Positions 62,271 through 64,000 of a DNA stretch of 64,000 bases are shown here, piece after piece. Positions within the stretch are counted from its first letter, which is position 1; every line of letters begins with the position of its first letter. Source of the DNA: a virus (taxonomy: Duplodnaviria > Heunggongvirae > Uroviricota > Caudoviricetes). The DNA lies in IMG/VR virus record IMGVR_UViG_3300036801_000212, positions 1 to 64,000 of that record, one strand, 5' to 3'. The translations under genes and the position numbers were made by a program. Under the pieces are notes generated by a model. It saw nothing but the letters and a program-made list of their open reading frames with translations. It did no database searches and had not been told where the DNA came from.

Positions 62271-62328
62271 ACTTTTTCACTGATAGTTCAGGACACGTCA
62301 CCAGTGGTGATGACGTGATACTCAACTA

Positions 62329-62571
62329 TCAGGCACGCTTCATATCCCACACGTGTCCAGCCTTGGTCGCGGTGAACCTCACCAGCTGGCCGATCAGGCT
62401 GTCAGGGCCGCCGTTGTAGTTGGAGACGCTGTAGCCGATTGAAGAGTCAGTCTGGGTGCGGTAGTTACCCTTGTCGGTCTTGAGCTCCCACGTAGGGTTG
62501 CCGTTGACGCTGTTGTTCTTCCTGGTCGCGCCGTGATATGTCGCGGTGAAAGTGATGTCTGTGCTGGTCAT
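62329..62571 (-). CDS. hypothetical protein
   Basis: Minus-strand ORF. Confidence 0.4.
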   Translation of the reverse strand: MTSTDITFTATYHGATRKNNSVNGNPTWELKTDKGNYRTQTDSSIGYSVSNYNGGPDSLIGQLVRFTATKAGHVWDMKRA

Positions 62572-62757
62572 GATCGTTTCCTTTCAGCGGTTGTTTTTAA
62601 GCCAACGTGCATAAGCGATCTTGTCTGACGGGTCCGGCATCTACCGTTCCCTCATGGTTGCATTTCCTCTTTCCGAGACGGCCTCGTGAATTAGCTTGCG
62701 GATCATCTCGGACACGTTCCGCCCGTCATCTCGGCCGCCTTGGACTTCACCCAATCT

Positions 62758-63051
62758 TCATCGTCTGGGTCGATTCGAAACACAACGAGCCTGGTGGCGC
62801 TTGGTTTCAAGACCGCACACTCGGCGCTGCCGTGCAGGACGTTGTACTTGGGGATCCTCAGTCTTAATGGCGACTCGCTCAGCCGTTTCCGCTTCGGCGA
62901 GTGTGGGATAGGACTCGGTCAAGACTGCCGTGATCGGTTCCTGCCACGCCTTTTCGAGCCGGTGTTGCTTTACGCGTCTTTCCGGGTTGTTGCTGCATCC
63001 GACGTAGAGCAGGTCGTCCCCGCTGTAGATTCGGTAGACGTAGTGAGTCAT
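62758..63051 (-). CDS. GIY-YIG nuclease domain protein
   Basis: MTHYVYRIYSGDDLLYVGCSNNPERRVKQHR matches GIY-x10-YIG + conserved Arg/His. Confidence 0.65.
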   Translation of the reverse strand: MTHYVYRIYSGDDLLYVGCSNNPERRVKQHRLEKAWQEPITAVLTESYPTLAEAETAERVAIKTEDPQVQRPARQRRVCGLETKRHQARCVSNRPRR

Positions 63052-63227
63052 GAATGCCAACCCCTCGGCATGTTCGATACCGCGTACTTGATCAACCTTC
63101 GTGCCGCTTCGGTCCATGACACACCATCACGATCGGCGATATCCTGGACAGCTTGAATGCCGCCGGGACGGAATCTGAGCGCCCGGACCTCGATCCGAGG
63201 CTCTGGCTTAGGTGGTTTCGTTGTCAT
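63048..63227 (-). CDS. possible ribbon-helix-helix DNA-binding protein
   Basis: Internal ATG of minus ORF gives MTTKPPKPEPRIEVRALRFRPGGIQAVQDIADRDGVSWTEAARRLIKYAV; ATGA overlap with GIY-YIG gene. Confidence 0.4.
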   Translation of the reverse strand: MTTKPPKPEPRIEVRALRFRPGGIQAVQDIADRDGVSWTEAARRLIKYAVSNMPRGWHS

Positions 63228-63437
63228 CGTGACTACGATTCTAGCACATTTTCGGCCAGCGTTGTCACTGTGACTACGCTGTGAACAGCGAGTATGTGAT
63301 CTTGAGTGCCACTCTCCCACCGGCCGGAGACCAACCGGGGAACGCTGTTCTTAAAAAAGAAAAAAACACTTCCAAAAAAACCCAACCAGTCGAGTAGCTG
63401 AAAGCGCGCACCTACTGGAGATGCGCACGACCGAAAC

Positions 63438-63611
63438 TCAACGAGCGTATTCATCCTGATGTGACTCAATCCCTGGCACCCAAATATGCCAGGACATTGA
63501 TTCACCACAAAAATAGGCTTCCAGCTTCCCTTGACTGTGGATGACGAAATTCATGGCACCTTTCTCGGGAAGTTCCCTCCGGTGACATCGAGGGCACATC
63601 GGTTGTTGCAT
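63438..63611 (-). CDS. small Cys-containing protein
   Basis: Minus-strand ORF from internal ATG; CPRCH...C. Confidence 0.3.
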   Translation of the reverse strand: MQQPMCPRCHRRELPEKGAMNFVIHSQGKLEAYFCGESMSWHIWVPGIESHQDEYAR

Positions 63612-63808
63612 CACTGTGTTCCACTCCCTCCGCACGACGGACAGACGGTCTGGCACGGCTCGACCGAGCCGGTGTCGCGGTTGAGGGTAGCCTGCCACAC
63701 CCACCCGTGACCACCGCACCCCGAGCAAGGTAGGGAGTGCTCTGACGGTTCGGGTTTAGGTGTGGTTTTCTTGCTGGCGTCCCAAGATTGTTTGTCGCGG
63801 TTACTCAT
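63611..63808 (-). CDS. small Cys-rich protein (CSGCGG...CPSCGGSG)
   Basis: Minus-strand ORF, Zn-ribbon-like. Confidence 0.35.
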   Translation of the reverse strand: MSNRDKQSWDASKKTTPKPEPSEHSLPCSGCGGHGWVWQATLNRDTGSVEPCQTVCPSCGGSGTQ

Positions 63809-64000
63809 GCGTCAGCTTGGGGTAGTTTGGACAAAACTTCCCCGCGGACTAGATCATGTGGTCCGCCGAGTAGTCCTCCGCAGATATCGCATACTTCGTC
63901 GCGGTTCATCCTAGCTTCCGGTAGAGGTTGATGTGCCGCTTGATTTTCTTAATCAACGGCGAGAGCATGTCGCCGCCGAGGTCGGTGTCTGCGTGCCTCT

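Overview
This window reads as a high-GC actinobacteriophage or prophage segment, judged from gene content (inference). It holds about 57 kb of densely packed, mostly translationally coupled rightward genes (ATGA/GTGA start-stop overlaps are common), followed by a leftward block. The recognisable modules are listed below.
(1) An RNA-repair cassette: an Rnl1/T4 RnlA-like RNA ligase, polynucleotide kinase-phosphatase, and an Rnl5/DraRnl-like ligase with an N-terminal OB domain. An AP2-domain protein and a metallophosphoesterase follow.
(2) A WhiB-like regulator flanked by two paralogous Zn-finger genes.
(3) A tandem array of six diverged paralogs of an uncharacterised ~120-aa family (A).
(4) A recombination/replication module: Cas4-family PD-(D/E)xK exonuclease, HNH endonuclease, a second amplified small-protein family (B, with one frameshifted copy) interleaved with family C, SSB, a ParB-nuclease/DNA-methyltransferase fusion, a T5orf172 protein, a DnaB-like helicase split by a frameshift in an A-run, and RusA.
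(5) Two diverged TnpB-only IS200/IS605-family elements with near-identical hairpin ends.
(6) C5-cytosine and MT-A70 N6-adenine methyltransferases plus a DUF2493/SLOG protein.
(7) Membrane and secreted accessory genes: an SPFH protein, a NOX/ferric-reductase-like flavohaemoprotein, three His-rich secreted proteins, an S53 peptidase, an Rpf-LysM protein and a stand-alone Clp N-domain protein. Low-complexity AAW[SD]AA repeat proteins also sit in this region.
(8) tRNA-Met(CAU) and tRNA-Pro(UGG).
(9) A terminase-like ATPase-only gene.
(10) A leftward XRE repressor-like island with a perfect 13-bp inverted repeat in its divergent region.
(11) A non-coding array of five degenerate ~120-bp repeats. 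Each encodes, on the minus strand, a tRNA top-half-like minihelix (7-bp acceptor-like stem, 11-nt linker, T-arm with GGTTCGAGTC). Compensatory base changes between copies support a conserved RNA structure. A CCA-ended tRNA 3-prime-half-like element lies just upstream.
(12) A leftward block with XRE regulators, a small serine recombinase, endonuclease VII, a RuvB-like ATPase and a GIY-YIG nuclease.
All coordinates come from reading the sequence and the supplied ORF track. Start codons were refined by frame arithmetic and may be off by a few codons.
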